Part shown: positions 14,867 through 25,554 of the stretch, in pieces
Position numbering within the stretch: the first letter of the stretch is position 1
How the letters are laid out: each line of letters begins with the position of its first letter
Assembly (NCBI GenBank): GCA_963841435.1
Contig: CAWJCS010000003.1
Span: 1,344,001-1,408,000 of the forward strand
Direction: 5' to 3'
Length of the DNA: 64,000 nucleotides
Source of the DNA: an uncultured delta proteobacterium
GTDB lineage: Bacteria > Myxococcota_A > Polyangia > Polyangiales > Polyangiaceae
Notes under the pieces: generated by a model
What the model saw: only the letters and a program-made list of their open reading frames with translations
What the model was told of the DNA's origin: nothing
Database searches by the model: none
Program-made: the position numbers and the translations under genes

Positions 14867-15795
14867 GGCACGCTCTCCAACACGAAGCAGAAGTCGCGCG
14901 CCGCCGCGTGCTCGGCGCGCACCTCGAGCACGAGGTCCGCCGTCGTCCCGGCGTGACGCCCCGTGCCGAGCGAAAAGCCGCGCCACCCCCACTCGTCCTC
15001 GTGCCGATAGCTCGAGAGGCGCTCACCGGCGACCCAGGCGGTGAGCTCTACGGGCTCGCGCCCACCGTCGCGAAAGAGGAAGTAGGAAAGACCCGCGAAG
15101 CCCACCAGCGAGCGGCCCAGCGGCACGCCCGAGAGCCTCAGCCGCAGGCTGCCTCGCGGGGGGGGCTGGGCCCACACGCAGCGGCGCGGCCGATACTGCT
15201 GGTCGTCGATCACGGTGATGCCGACGAAGTCCGACTCGCGCGGTCCACAGCGGAAGCGCGCGCGCGGGAACGCCACCTCGCCGTGCAGACCGCCCGTGAC
15301 GGCACGCGCCGCGCCCGTGAACTCGCACGGGCGCTCGGCGCCGTCGGTCACGACCGTCACCTCGAGCTCGGCGGGCGTCAGGTGGTCGAGCAGTCGGTAG
15401 GTCGAGCGGCGTGGGCTCGGGTTCTCGAGCGTGCGCAGCGTGAACGGGCCGCTCTCGCGCTCACCGACGACGCGGAAGCCGCTCGCCTCCGCGCTTCGCC
15501 CGCCGAGCAGCGAAAGCTCGAGAGCGCGCGGATAGTCTTCGATGTCGGAGCGCGCGAGCTCCGCGAGCGGGAACGCCGCGTCGCCGAGCACGTGCCTCGC
15601 GATCGGCTCCGCCCACTCGGGAGCGACCACGAGCGGCTCACCCGCACGCTTCATGCCGGCAACGACGGGGGCGAGCGCCCGCCACTGGTCCAGCGTCGGC
15701 GCGCGGTGAGCGACGGCAAGCTCGGCGCCGAGCTCGACGAGCCCGAGGGCGGGGACCAGGAGCCAGAGGAAGCGGGCCTGCAACGCGCCGCGCAA
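14863..15795 (-). CDS. Hypothetical membrane-anchored protein
   Basis: N-terminal TM; stop overlaps the GT-C start. Confidence 0.55.
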   Translation of the reverse strand: MRGALQARFLWLLVPALGLVELGAELAVAHRAPTLDQWRALAPVVAGMKRAGEPLVVAPEWAEPIARHVLGDAAFPLAELARSDIEDYPRALELSLLGGRSAEASGFRVVGERESGPFTLRTLENPSPRRSTYRLLDHLTPAELEVTVVTDGAERPCEFTGAARAVTGGLHGEVAFPRARFRCGPRESDFVGITVIDDQQYRPRRCVWAQPPPRGSLRLRLSGVPLGRSLVGFAGLSYFLFRDGGREPVELTAWVAGERLSSYRHEDEWGWRGFSLGTGRHAGTTADLVLEVRAEHAAARDFCFVLESVP

Positions 15796-15856
15796 TCTGC
15801 CATCATCGCCCTTGCCCCGGAAGCGCCCTCGCTCGACACCGGGGCGCGCACGCTCG

Positions 15857-16441
15857 ATGACCCACTCCGAAAGCTACCTGACCGAAGCGGTGCGCGTGCT
15901 CAAGGAGCTCGACGCCGGAGCCATCGAGGAGCTCGCCGACGAGCTTTTCGCATTGCGGGAGCGCGGGGGGCGCCTGTTCGTGCTGGGCGTGGGCGGAGGT
16001 GCGGCCCACGCCTCGCACGCCGTGAACGATTTTCGGAAGCTCTGCGGCATCGAGGCCTACGCGCCGACGGACAACGTCGCGGAGCTGACGGCTCGCGTGA
16101 ACGACGAAGGCTGGGAGAGCACGTTCTCCGGCTGGCTCGAGGTGAGCCACCTGGGACCTTCGGACATGCTGTTCATTTTTTCGGTCGGCGGCGGCAACCG
16201 TGAAGCAGGGGTGAGCGCGAACCTCGTCGCCGCCCTCGAGCTTGCACGGAGCGTGGGGGCGCGCATCGGAGGCATCGTCGGGCGGGACGGCGGCCACACC
16301 AAGAAGCTCGCCCACGCTGCGGTGCTCGTCCCCGTCGCGCGACCCGAGGCCGTCACGCCGCACACGGAAGGCACGCAGGCCGTGGTGTGGCACCTGCTCG
16401 TCAGCCACCCCAAGCTGCAAATCCGCCCGACGAAGTGGTAG
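15857..16441 (+). CDS. gmhA: SIS-domain phosphoheptose isomerase (GmhA-like)
   Basis: GVGGGAAHASH, TARVNDEGW, FSVGGG, VGRDGG, TPHTEG. Confidence 0.8.
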   Translation: MTHSESYLTEAVRVLKELDAGAIEELADELFALRERGGRLFVLGVGGGAAHASHAVNDFRKLCGIEAYAPTDNVAELTARVNDEGWESTFSGWLEVSHLGPSDMLFIFSVGGGNREAGVSANLVAALELARSVGARIGGIVGRDGGHTKKLAHAAVLVPVARPEAVTPHTEGTQAVVWHLLVSHPKLQIRPTKW

Positions 16442-17109
16442 AGACTGCTCTGGTGCTCTTTCTGGATAGCTCCGAGCCCGCCGAGATGCGGGATTTGTTC
16501 GCGTGGGGCGTGCTCGGAGGCGTCACGACGAATCCGCTGATGCTCTCCCGGGAGGCGCCGGCCGTGGAGCTCGAGACGCGCATTCGCGCCGTCTGCGAGG
16601 CCTCACACGGCCCCGTGTCGGTGGAGCTGCTCGCCGAGTCGGAGGCGGAGATGCTCGAGGAGGGGCTTCGCTATCACGCGTGGGTCCCCGATCGCATCTG
16701 CGTCAAGGTCCCGCTCACGGGCGAGGTCGCCCTGCGCGTGGTCCATGCGCTGTCCGAGCGCGGCGTCACGACGAACGCCACCTGCTTGATGAGCTTTCAG
16801 CAGGCCTACCTGGCGGCGCTCGCGGGGGCCACGTTCGTCAGTCTCTTCAGCGGTCGAATTCGTGATCTCGGTCAGGACGCGCGACCCGTGATCGCGGCAA
16901 CCCGCTCGACGTTCGACCAGGAGAAGCTCGCGGCGCGCATCATCGTCGGCTCGATACGTCAGGCGATCGACGTGACGGACGCGCTCGAGGCCGGCGCGCA
17001 CATCGTCACCGTGCCACCCGCGATCCTCCGCCGCATGCTCGTCCACCCGCAGACCGAGCGCACCGCGCGCGAGTTCTCGGACGCCTGGAAGAACCGCGGC
17101 AACGGGTGA
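16435..17109 (+). CDS. tal: Transaldolase / fructose-6-phosphate aldolase family (start may be GTG 16453)
   Basis: LFLDS, GVTTNP, CVKVP Schiff-base Lys, GSIR, GAHIVTVPP. Confidence 0.9.
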   Translation: MVETALVLFLDSSEPAEMRDLFAWGVLGGVTTNPLMLSREAPAVELETRIRAVCEASHGPVSVELLAESEAEMLEEGLRYHAWVPDRICVKVPLTGEVALRVVHALSERGVTTNATCLMSFQQAYLAALAGATFVSLFSGRIRDLGQDARPVIAATRSTFDQEKLAARIIVGSIRQAIDVTDALEAGAHIVTVPPAILRRMLVHPQTERTAREFSDAWKNRGNG

Positions 17110-19367
17110 GCCACGTGGCAGGCGACGCGCGCCCCGCGAGCTCGCGCATGGCGCGCCTTGCCCGCTTTCGCCTCGACGACCGCGTGGGCCTCCCGCGCGC
17201 CGAGCCTTGGCTCGAGCGTCTCGGCGAGGCGTGCATGCTCGCTGCAACGCTCTGGCTCTTCGGCGTCGGGGTCTGGGAGATTGGTGCGCCGTTTTCCGCC
17301 GGCCACTACGCCGCCGCCACGGCCGTGCTCACGGGCGCCGAGAACATGCTGCGTTTCGGCGTCATCGCACCCGTGAACCACGTCATCTCGGCTCCGCCGT
17401 CGCCGTCGGACTACTACTGTCACCACCCGTTCGGCATCTTCTGGACGGCCGTGCCCTTCGCCGCGCTCTTCGGGCACCACGCGTGGGTCTGCCGCTTGCC
17501 GGCGGTGCTCATGACGGGCGCGATGCCGTGGCTCGTTTACCGCGGCACGCGCGCGGCCCTCGGGCCCGTCGCCGGTGGGGTCGCAGCGCTCGGCTACTCG
17601 GTTTTGCCCATCACGCTCGCCTACGCCCAGTTCTTCGCACTCGAGGTGCCCGTGATGTTCGGCATGGCGCTCGCCACGTGGGCGCTCGTGCGCTTCTTCC
17701 AGGCGGGCAGCCAACGCTACGCCGTGCTCGCGCTCTTCGGGCTCGGCTACGCCTCCGCAGCCGATTGGCCCGGCATGCTGTTTGCGGGGCTCGTGCTCGC
17801 CGCGCTCTTCCTGCGCGGCTTCGCGCTCAGGCGCTTTTACCCGACCCTGCCCTTCGAACGCTTCGCCGTGCTCTGGTCGAGCGCCGTCGGCGTCCTCGGG
17901 CTCGTCGTCGCGTTCCACTTGGCAGCGCTCGTGAAGCTCGACCAGCTCGGCGAGCTACTGCGTCAGGGCGAGTTTCGCTCATTGGGGGCGAGCCGCCCAC
18001 TGTCGGAAACGCTGGCAGCGCGGCATTACTGGATCGCGCTCGCCTTCACGCCGCTCGCCGTGGCCATGGGCAAGCTCGCGCTGCCGGTGCTGATTGCACG
18101 AGCCGTGCTCGTGCGGCGCGAGCTCGAGCTCGTCGTGCTCGCCATCTTCGCGACGGCGGCGGCACAGTACGTGGTGTTCAAGCAGGGCGCCGACATCCAC
18201 TTCTTCTGGCCGCAGTACTTCGCACTCTACTTCGCCTACGCCTTCGGCGCGCTGACGGCGACGCTGGAAGCCGCCGGTTGACGTTTCGCGCCGCGCTTCG
18301 GGTCCTCGCCCGGGCGGTCATCGGCTGCGGCACTCGCCGTCGGGCTCGCGACGCTCTTCTGGGTCTTGCCCGACGGCGTGCGCGCGCTCGTCTACGCCCG
18401 CAAGACGGGCGGCCGCTTCAACGAGAAGGGCGCGCTCATCTATCCCGACGTTGACAAGGAGGCCGCGTTCGAGGCCCTCGCCGGCGAGCTGCCGGAAGAC
18501 GCGCTCGTCGGCGTTGACCCCGGGATGCGGCCGATGTACTGGATGGACTGGGCGCTCGGGCGTCCCGTCGGTATCGCGCCGCTGCCGCGTCTCGGGCGAC
18601 CTCTTCGCCACACCCACTTCGTGCTCGACACGCGTTTCGCGAGCGCCCTTGCGGCCACGGCGCTCGTCCGCGAGTTTGCCGTGCAAGCCTACGGACCGTT
18701 CTTGGTCGCAGACCTCAGGGCCGCGAGGACGCCGCTTGCCGCCAACGCACTCAGGCCCCGCTCGCCCACGCTCCTCGAGCGCCTGTTCGTCACGGCGACG
18801 CAGTCACGCTACGAGGTCACGCGCGACCCCTACCTCCGATGGGAGCTCGCCTTACACTTCGGCGACCGTGCCACGAAGCCCCCCGCCGTGCCCCCCGGCA
18901 GCGGCGACGATCTGCGCATCGCCCACAACCTCGCGGTCGCCCGGGGTGACACGGCCCTCGCCGCCGAGCTCGAGAAGCGACTCTTCGCCGACGCGGACCG
19001 CCGCATCGCGCGCCAATTCACGCACGGAGTCGAGCTCCTGGGCCGCCGCTTCGAGCCCGGCGCCGACCGCCTCACGCTTTACTTCCGGACGACCGCCGAG
19101 CTCGGCGCCGACTTTCCCTTCGGCATCGTCTCGGAAGTGCTCGACGCGCCGCGCTGGTCCACGACGCCGCGTGACCCGCTGCTCCGGGACACGGGCCTGC
19201 CCTGCCCGATCCCCACGTCGCTCTGGCGCCCCGGCTTCATCTACGCCGCCACGACGGAGATCCTGCGGCGTCCGGGGCGCGAGCGCTACCTCGGTGCTTT
19301 TCGCGGGCCCGGCGCGCCCGAGCCCGAGGGCGGACCGCCCGAAGTCGAGCTCCTCGCGCTAGAGTAG
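17106..19367 (+). CDS. GT-C type membrane glycosyltransferase with C-terminal extracytoplasmic domain; one in-frame TGA at 18279-18281
   Basis: YCHHPFG, multi-TM. ORFs 17106-18281 and 18366-19367 share a frame and are separated only by one TGA. Confidence 0.65.
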
Positions 19368-19371
19368 CCCC

Positions 19372-20341
19372 GTGAGCGCGCCCGCACGCTTCCTCGTCGT
19401 CGGCGGCGCGGGCTTCATCGGAAGCCACCTCGTCGACCGCCTTTTAGAGCGCGGCACGGTCACGCTGTTCGACAACCTCTCCGTGGGGCGCCGCGAGCTC
19501 GTCCGAGGACCGCTGGCGAGCGGCCGCGCGCAAATCGTCGAGGCCGACGCCCTGGATCTCGACGCGCTCACTCGCGCCACCGAAGGGCACGACGCGGTCT
19601 TTCACCTTTCCGCGAACCCCGAGGCACGCCACGGCCTCGAGAACACGCGTCTCGACCTCGAGCAGGGTACGATCGTCACGCACCACGTGCTCGAGGCCAT
19701 GCGCCGCACGGGTGTGCGGCGGCTCGTGCTGGCGTCGTCCGGCACCGTGTACGGCGACACCCCCGAGCCGTGCGCGGAGGACGACCTCGGGCACCTGCCG
19801 ATTCTCGCTCTACGGTGCCGCGAAGCTCGCCGCCGAGGCGCTCGCGAGCGCACACGTCGAGTGCTTCGGGCTCTCCGCCTGGATCTTCCGCTTCGGCAAC
19901 GTGGTCGGCCCCCGTGGCACACACGGAGCGGCGCTCGATTTTCTGCGCAAGCTGGAGAAAAATCCGCGCGAGCTCGAGGTACTCGGTGACGGCGCCCAAG
20001 CGAAGCCGTACGTGTACGTGAGCGACTGCGTTGACGGCATGCTGTTCGGCTTCGACCACGCGCCAGGGCCGCTCGCCGTCTACAACATCGCTCCACCCGA
20101 CACGACGAGCGTCCGGCGCATCGCGGAGCTCTGCGTCGCCGCCTCGCCTTACCCCGAAGCGACCATCCGGTACACGGGCGGCACGCGCGGCTGGGCCGGC
20201 GACATCCCTCGCTCGCGGCTCGACCCGGGTCGCCTCGCCACGCTCGGTTTCCGGGTCACGCATTCGAGCGACGAAGCCGTGCGCCGCGCCGTCACGGCGC
20301 TCGCCGGCGAGGTATTCGGAGAGCGCGCGGGGGCTCGGTGA
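19372..20341 (+). CDS. NAD-dependent nucleotide-sugar epimerase/dehydratase; +1 frameshift near 19803
   Basis: GGAGFIGS, ASSGTVYG, YGAAK, RFGNVVG. Confidence 0.88.
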
Positions 20342-21045
20342 TGCAGGCCGTGATCCTGGCCGGAGGCCTGGCCACGCGTCTGGGCGAGCGGGCACGCGAT
20401 CAACCCAAATCGCTGCTCGTCGTGGGTGGTCGCCCATTCCTCGCGTGGCAGCTCGAGGCGCTCGCGCGCGCCGGCATCGCTGACGTGGTGCTCTGTATCG
20501 CGCACCTCGGCGAGAGCATCCGCGCCTTCGCAGGCGACGGCAGCGCCTTCGGTCTCCGCGTCCGCTACGCCGAGGACGGACCGACGCCGCTCGGCACGGG
20601 AGGCGCGCTTCGCGCCGCCCTCGACGTGCTCGAGCCCGAGCTCGTCGTCACGTACGGCGACAGCTACCTGCCCTTCGACTATTCGGCGCTGCTCGTCGAT
20701 CTTCGTGCTCACCCCGAAGCGAGCGGCACGATGTCGGTCTACGAGAACCGCGGGCGATGGGACTCGAGCAACGTCGCCGTCGAGCGGGATCTCGTGGTGC
20801 GGTACGAGAAGGGGGCGCGCGACCCGGCGCTCCGTTACATCGACTACGGCGCGACGGCCCTGAGAAGGAGCGTGATCGGAGGGCTTGCCGCCGGTGAGCC
20901 GCTCGGTCTCGAGCAGCTGCTCGGCACGCTCGTCGCGAGCCTCACGCTCAGAGCCTACGTCGCTGACACGCGCTTTTACGAGATCGGCTCCGAGGCGGGG
21001 CTCGCCGAGCTCGACCGTCACCTTCGCGTTCGAAAGGGCGGCTGA
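20341..21045 (+). CDS. Sugar-phosphate nucleotidyltransferase (HddC-like)
   Basis: ILAGGLATRL, PKSLL, PLGTGGAL, YGDSY. Confidence 0.85.
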   Translation: MQAVILAGGLATRLGERARDQPKSLLVVGGRPFLAWQLEALARAGIADVVLCIAHLGESIRAFAGDGSAFGLRVRYAEDGPTPLGTGGALRAALDVLEPELVVTYGDSYLPFDYSALLVDLRAHPEASGTMSVYENRGRWDSSNVAVERDLVVRYEKGARDPALRYIDYGATALRRSVIGGLAAGEPLGLEQLLGTLVASLTLRAYVADTRFYEIGSEAGLAELDRHLRVRKGG

Positions 21046-21111
21046 ACGGCCTGTATTCGGCATGCGCTCCCAACACTTACGTGAGAGCACCCGGCCGAAC
21101 AATGTCCGCCC

Positions 21112-22008
21112 ATGACGCGGGCGCCTCTTGACCGCAGGGGGCAGCGAGCCGAAAAAGCTCGGGTGGAGTCTCTCGCCGTCGTGACCGCGCCGATCGACCC
21201 GAAGCGGTCCGCCGACGCAAAGCCATTCGTGAAATGGGTCGGCGGCAAGCGCCAGCTGCTCGCCGCAATCGGCGAGCGCGTGCGCTTCGGCACGAAGGGC
21301 ACGTACCACGAGCCGTTCGTCGGCGGCGGCGCGGTGTTCTTTCACTTGCAGCCGCGTCGTGCCGTGCTCACCGATTCGAACGAGCGCCTGATCCGCACGT
21401 ATCGCGGCATCAAGAACGACGTCGAAGGCGTCATTCGTCGCCTGCGCTCCTACCCGCACGACAAGAGCTTCTATCTCGAAATGCGCGCTCGCGACATCGA
21501 TGGGGCGAGCGACGTCGATGTGGCCGCCTGGTTCATCTACCTGAATCGCACGGGCTACAACGGCCTCTACCGCGTCAACAGCCGGAACGGCTTCAACGTC
21601 CCCTTCGGCGACTACAAGAACCCCACGATCTGCGATCGGGACACCCTGCGCGCCTGCGCCGCGGCCCTGCGCGGCGCGAAGCTCATGGTGAGCGATTTCG
21701 AAACCGTGGCCAATCGTGCAAAAGCCGGCGATTTCGTGTATTTCGACCCGCCGTACATCCCCCTCACCGCCACGTCGCGCTTCACGGACTACACGAGCGA
21801 GGGTTTTTCGGACGCCGAGCAGGTTCGCCTGCGTGACCTCGCCCTCGCGCTCCGCAAGCGTCGCGTTCACGTGCTGCTCTCGAACTCCTCCGCTCCTCGT
21901 GTGTACGACCTCTACGCGGATTTCAACTGCGTCGAGGTCGACGCGCGGCGCTCGGTCAACTGCAAACCGGACGGCCGGGGGCGCATTTCCGAGCTCCTGA
22001 TCTTCTGA
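21112..22008 (+). CDS. dam: DNA adenine methyltransferase, Dam/D12 class (start may be GTG 21163 or 21181)
   Basis: KWVGGKRQL, EPFVGGGAV, YLNRTGYNGLYRVN, DPPY, LSNS. Confidence 0.93.
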   Translation: MTRAPLDRRGQRAEKARVESLAVVTAPIDPKRSADAKPFVKWVGGKRQLLAAIGERVRFGTKGTYHEPFVGGGAVFFHLQPRRAVLTDSNERLIRTYRGIKNDVEGVIRRLRSYPHDKSFYLEMRARDIDGASDVDVAAWFIYLNRTGYNGLYRVNSRNGFNVPFGDYKNPTICDRDTLRACAAALRGAKLMVSDFETVANRAKAGDFVYFDPPYIPLTATSRFTDYTSEGFSDAEQVRLRDLALALRKRRVHVLLSNSSAPRVYDLYADFNCVEVDARRSVNCKPDGRGRISELLIF

Positions 22009-22406
22009 TGGCAGGCCGCTCCTCGGCCGCTTCCGGCGGCGAGAATCTCGAGCTCGAGGTCATGGCCCTCGCCGAGCGGCTCGGGCTGGAAGCCCGGCGT
22101 CAGGTGAAGGTCGGGCGCCGGCTCTGGGGAGCCGAGCGGCGCATCGACGTGGTCGTGACGGAGCCCGTGAGCCGCCGCCGGCTCGGCCTCGAATGCAAGT
22201 TCCAGGCTGTCGCAGGGTCGGCCGAGGAGAAAATTCCAACCACCATCCAGGACATTCAAGCCTGGCCCATCCCGGGCATCGTCGTGTTCTCCGGCGACGG
22301 TTTCAGCCCGTACATGCGCTCCTTTCTGATCGCATCCGGCCGCGCCGTCGAGCTCGTCGACCTCGAGAGCTGGCTCAGGCTGTTTTTCGGCCTGCCGATC
22401 GACTGA
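22008..22406 (+). CDS. Small PD-(D/E)XK-type nuclease
   Basis: G.NLE helix, RIDVVV, LECKFQ..GSAEEK; TGATG coupling to dam. Confidence 0.7.
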   Translation: MAGRSSAASGGENLELEVMALAERLGLEARRQVKVGRRLWGAERRIDVVVTEPVSRRRLGLECKFQAVAGSAEEKIPTTIQDIQAWPIPGIVVFSGDGFSPYMRSFLIASGRAVELVDLESWLRLFFGLPID

Positions 22407-22506
22407 GCCGGCGCAAAACCGCCACACCCGCCGTCCACGGAGCGTCGCGCTTTCGGTACGACGGCGCGTGCCGCGTGGCGATTGTCCAGGTCGTTCGACT
22501 CCTGCG

Positions 22507-23538
22507 TCACTCTCGCGACGCGCTGCCACCACCCGAGGGAATCACGTCGAAATGGACGAGGCCGTCAACGTGCAGGCTCGTGTAGTCGAGCTCGAAGGAG
22601 CGCGGCTCGCCGACGGGCGGGTGATAGAGCCTGTCCGAGCGGGCCCTCGCGTAGTCGAACGCAACGACCCCATCGACTCTGAGCTTCGCTCGCAGGATCG
22701 CCAAGCCAAGCTGCACGCGAAAGCCCAGCGTCGTCGCGTGTTGCTCTTCGAACTTGAGGTAGTGAAGCGCCGGGCCGCCACCCACGAAGAGCTCCCGCGT
22801 GCGCGCGGCGTCCACCGGGAGCTCGAGGTTGACCGTCCCGACCTCGCTCACACGGATGAACTGAAAAAGGCGCGTCGATCCCGACGAATCGGCGACGGCA
22901 GCAACCTTGGGTCCCCAGCCGAGCTCCGACGAGGCCTGAATCCTAAAAAAACGCGTGGGCGAGAAGTTGACCGACACCTCGGGCAGGTAGAAGATGACGA
23001 GCTTCTCGGCCTGCTCTTGCAGGAATACGAAGTCGCCGCGTGAGGTGACCCAGTCGGTCATGTATCGATTCGGGTCCGTCGGCGAAAAGAACAGGCCGAA
23101 CCCGGCGCCGAACCCGAGCATGAACATCGCGGGGCGAACGGGCGGCGGGAGCGCAGGCGGCGCGGGCACCGGACCCGGTGGCACGCTCGCCGGCACGACC
23201 GATGCCGAGGGCGGTGGCGCGACCGGCTGGGCGCTGGACGCCGGCGTGACGGGAAGCGCGCCAGGCGCGGGCGGCGCGGCACCGTCGGCGGTAGCGGCAT
23301 CACCCCCAACCGAGGGTGCCCCGGATGACGCCGTCGCCGTCCCGCCGGGAGCCGGCGGCGCCACGCTCGGTGCCGACGGCTCGGCGCTACCGGCGGGCTC
23401 ATCGAAAGGAAAGCTCGCCGTGGGCGGTGCGGTCCCCGGGGTAGGTGAAGGTGCGGCAGGTTGTGCGCCCGCGCGCGGCGTCGCGATCACAACGAGCGCA
23501 CACCACCCGAAGAGCGAGCTTGCGCGACCGAACAGCAC
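22507..23538 (-). CDS. Secreted protein with Pro/Ala-rich linker and probable beta-barrel domain (start uncertain)
   Basis: Signal peptide, low-complexity linker, alternating beta-strand pattern. Confidence 0.55.
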   Translation of the reverse strand: MLFGRASSLFGWCALVVIATPRAGAQPAAPSPTPGTAPPTASFPFDEPAGSAEPSAPSVAPPAPGGTATASSGAPSVGGDAATADGAAPPAPGALPVTPASSAQPVAPPPSASVVPASVPPGPVPAPPALPPPVRPAMFMLGFGAGFGLFFSPTDPNRYMTDWVTSRGDFVFLQEQAEKLVIFYLPEVSVNFSPTRFFRIQASSELGWGPKVAAVADSSGSTRLFQFIRVSEVGTVNLELPVDAARTRELFVGGGPALHYLKFEEQHATTLGFRVQLGLAILRAKLRVDGVVAFDYARARSDRLYHPPVGEPRSFELDYTSLHVDGLVHFDVIPSGGGSASRE

Positions 23539-23641
23539 GGTTCGGGACGAGGCTATGGGTCGCCCGCTCCGCCCGCAAGCGTGAACGCCGGCCGCGCGGC
23601 AACGACGTTGAACGAAGCGCACGATCGGTCAAACTAGAGCT

Positions 23642-24394
23642 ATGGATGGCGATCTCCGCGCGTCGGAGCCGCCTGACGGCGGCGCGTCGTTCCGAAAGCA
23701 GATGCTGGCCCGGATTCCGGGCTGGTATTCCCCGCTCGGACACCTCACCGCCACCGTGGGCATCGGCGTCGTCACGCTCGCCGTCGCGATGGCCCGCCTC
23801 GGCTCGCCCGCGCTCCGCGACCTGGCCGTGATTCCGGCAACGGTCGTCTTCGCGAACCTCGTGGAGTGGCTCGCCCATCGCTTCCTCATGCACGAGCGTC
23901 ACCGCCCGTTCACGGTCCTCTTCGACCGCCACACGCCCGAGCACCACCGCGTTTATCGCTACGAGAGCATGGAGATCGAAAGCCTGCGCGAGCTCAGGCT
24001 CGTGTTGATTCCGGCCGCTGGCGTGCTCGGCATCGTGCTCCTCGCGGCGCCGGTCGCGCTGCTGCTCGGCACCATGCTCTCTGCCGACGCCGGCTGGCTG
24101 TTCCTCGCGACCTCGGCCCTCTACGTGGTCGGCTACGAGCTGTCGCACCTCGCCTACCACCTGCCGGAGACCTCGCCCGTGTACCGGCTACCGTTTCTAC
24201 GGGCGCTGCGCGAGCACCACGCGCGCCACCATCTGCCCGGGCTCATGCAGAAGGCGAACTTCAACGTCACCATCCCGCTCGCGGACGTGCTGTTCCGCAC
24301 CCGCGCCCGGCGAGCCACCGTCGAGCAGGCGCTCGCCCGACAGTGGGCAAACGAGGCCCGCAAGCGCCACGCGGCGGCGACCCGGGCGGCCTAG
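23642..24394 (+). CDS. Fatty-acid hydroxylase / sterol desaturase family protein
   Basis: His boxes HRFLMH, HTPEHH, HLAYH, HHARHH; NFNV. Confidence 0.85.
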   Translation: MDGDLRASEPPDGGASFRKQMLARIPGWYSPLGHLTATVGIGVVTLAVAMARLGSPALRDLAVIPATVVFANLVEWLAHRFLMHERHRPFTVLFDRHTPEHHRVYRYESMEIESLRELRLVLIPAAGVLGIVLLAAPVALLLGTMLSADAGWLFLATSALYVVGYELSHLAYHLPETSPVYRLPFLRALREHHARHHLPGLMQKANFNVTIPLADVLFRTRARRATVEQALARQWANEARKRHAAATRAA

Positions 24395-24450
24395 CTGCTC
24401 CGCCAGTCTTTTTGGCAGGAGCAGCTCTCGAAGACCGAGCTAGCTGCGGC

Positions 24451-25554
24451 TCACTGAGCGAGCTCGATGGCCTGCTTGTCCCAGAAGGCCCCGGCAGCGG
24501 GCGCACCGTTGCAGGCGCCGTCCGACTCGCCCGGGCGCTTGAGCCAGAGGTAGGCGTCGATGTGCTCCGGATCGTCCGTCTCGAGCGTCGGAGGAACGCC
24601 GAGCTTGCGGCCGGGCGGATTGCACCACTCGACGCCGTAAGGGCCGGCTCCGTTGCGGCTCGTGTCGATGACGTAGTGGGCGCCGCCGAGAAGCTCGCTG
24701 AGCTTCTTGCCGAACGGCAAAAGCTCGTCCATGCCGCGATAGTTCGACGTGTTGAGCGCGAAGCCGTTCGCATCCTCGACACCCGCCATCTTCAAGAGAC
24801 GGGCGTGCTCCTCCACGGGGTGCCAGCGCGAGTGCCCGCCGTCGAGGTAGACGATGGTCTTCGGATTCTGGCGTAGGACCTTGATGGCGTCGTGGAGCAG
24901 GAAGACGCGCTCTTCCTGCTGAGCCTTCGTGAGGCAGTTTTCCTTCTCGAGCAGGCCGAGGGCGTCGGGCTCGAGCACGATGACGGCGGCACGATCGCCG
25001 ATGCCCGCAGCAATCTTGCGGATCCAGCGCTGGTAGGCTTCCTTCGACTTCAAGCCGCCCGCGGAGTGCTGGCCGCAGTCGCGACCGGGCACGTTGTACG
25101 CGATGAAGATCGGCACTTCGTCGTTCTGGGATGCCTGATCGACGGTCCACTTCACCTTGCGGTAGACATTGCTGTTCCACTCGCCGAGCCAGAGAGCCTG
25201 CGGGTATTTCGCGATCTTCTCGCGGAAGAGCTTGGCAATGTCCGGCTGCGTCTTTTCGAGGGCGTTGGCACGCAGGGCGGCGTTGGTCTCGGGATCGACC
25301 CAGAGCTTCATGCCCTTGAGCGGGTTGCCGACGGACTTCGGCGGTGTCGGCGCTTCGACGATCGGAGCGTCGTCGGGCGGGCCGTAGTCGTTGGTCGGCG
25401 CGAGCGCCGTGCTGGCTGGTGCCGTCGTGGGGGGCGCCCCCGTCTCGGATTGCGACGCACAGCCCGAGAGCGCGAGGACGGCGAACAACGGCGCGAGCGC
25501 GCTCGTCAGGACGCGCCGCGGGGTGAGGGCTTGGGGGCGATTCGAGATAACCAT
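24451..25554 (-). CDS. Glycoside hydrolase family 6 (cellulase) lipoprotein
   Basis: LSGC lipobox; YNVPGRDC, LEPDAL, YLDGGH, DTSRNG, WCNPPG, KRPGESDG. Confidence 0.92.
   Translation of the reverse strand: MVISNRPQALTPRRVLTSALAPLFAVLALSGCASQSETGAPPTTAPASTALAPTNDYGPPDDAPIVEAPTPPKSVGNPLKGMKLWVDPETNAALRANALEKTQPDIAKLFREKIAKYPQALWLGEWNSNVYRKVKWTVDQASQNDEVPIFIAYNVPGRDCGQHSAGGLKSKEAYQRWIRKIAAGIGDRAAVIVLEPDALGLLEKENCLTKAQQEERVFLLHDAIKVLRQNPKTIVYLDGGHSRWHPVEEHARLLKMAGVEDANGFALNTSNYRGMDELLPFGKKLSELLGGAHYVIDTSRNGAGPYGVEWCNPPGRKLGVPPTLETDDPEHIDAYLWLKRPGESDGACNGAPAAGAFWDKQAIELAQ

Noticed and set aside
18279-18281. TGA as selenocysteine
   Set aside because: No redox motif context and no convincing SECIS-like hairpin; it lies in a loop of a membrane glycosyltransferase.
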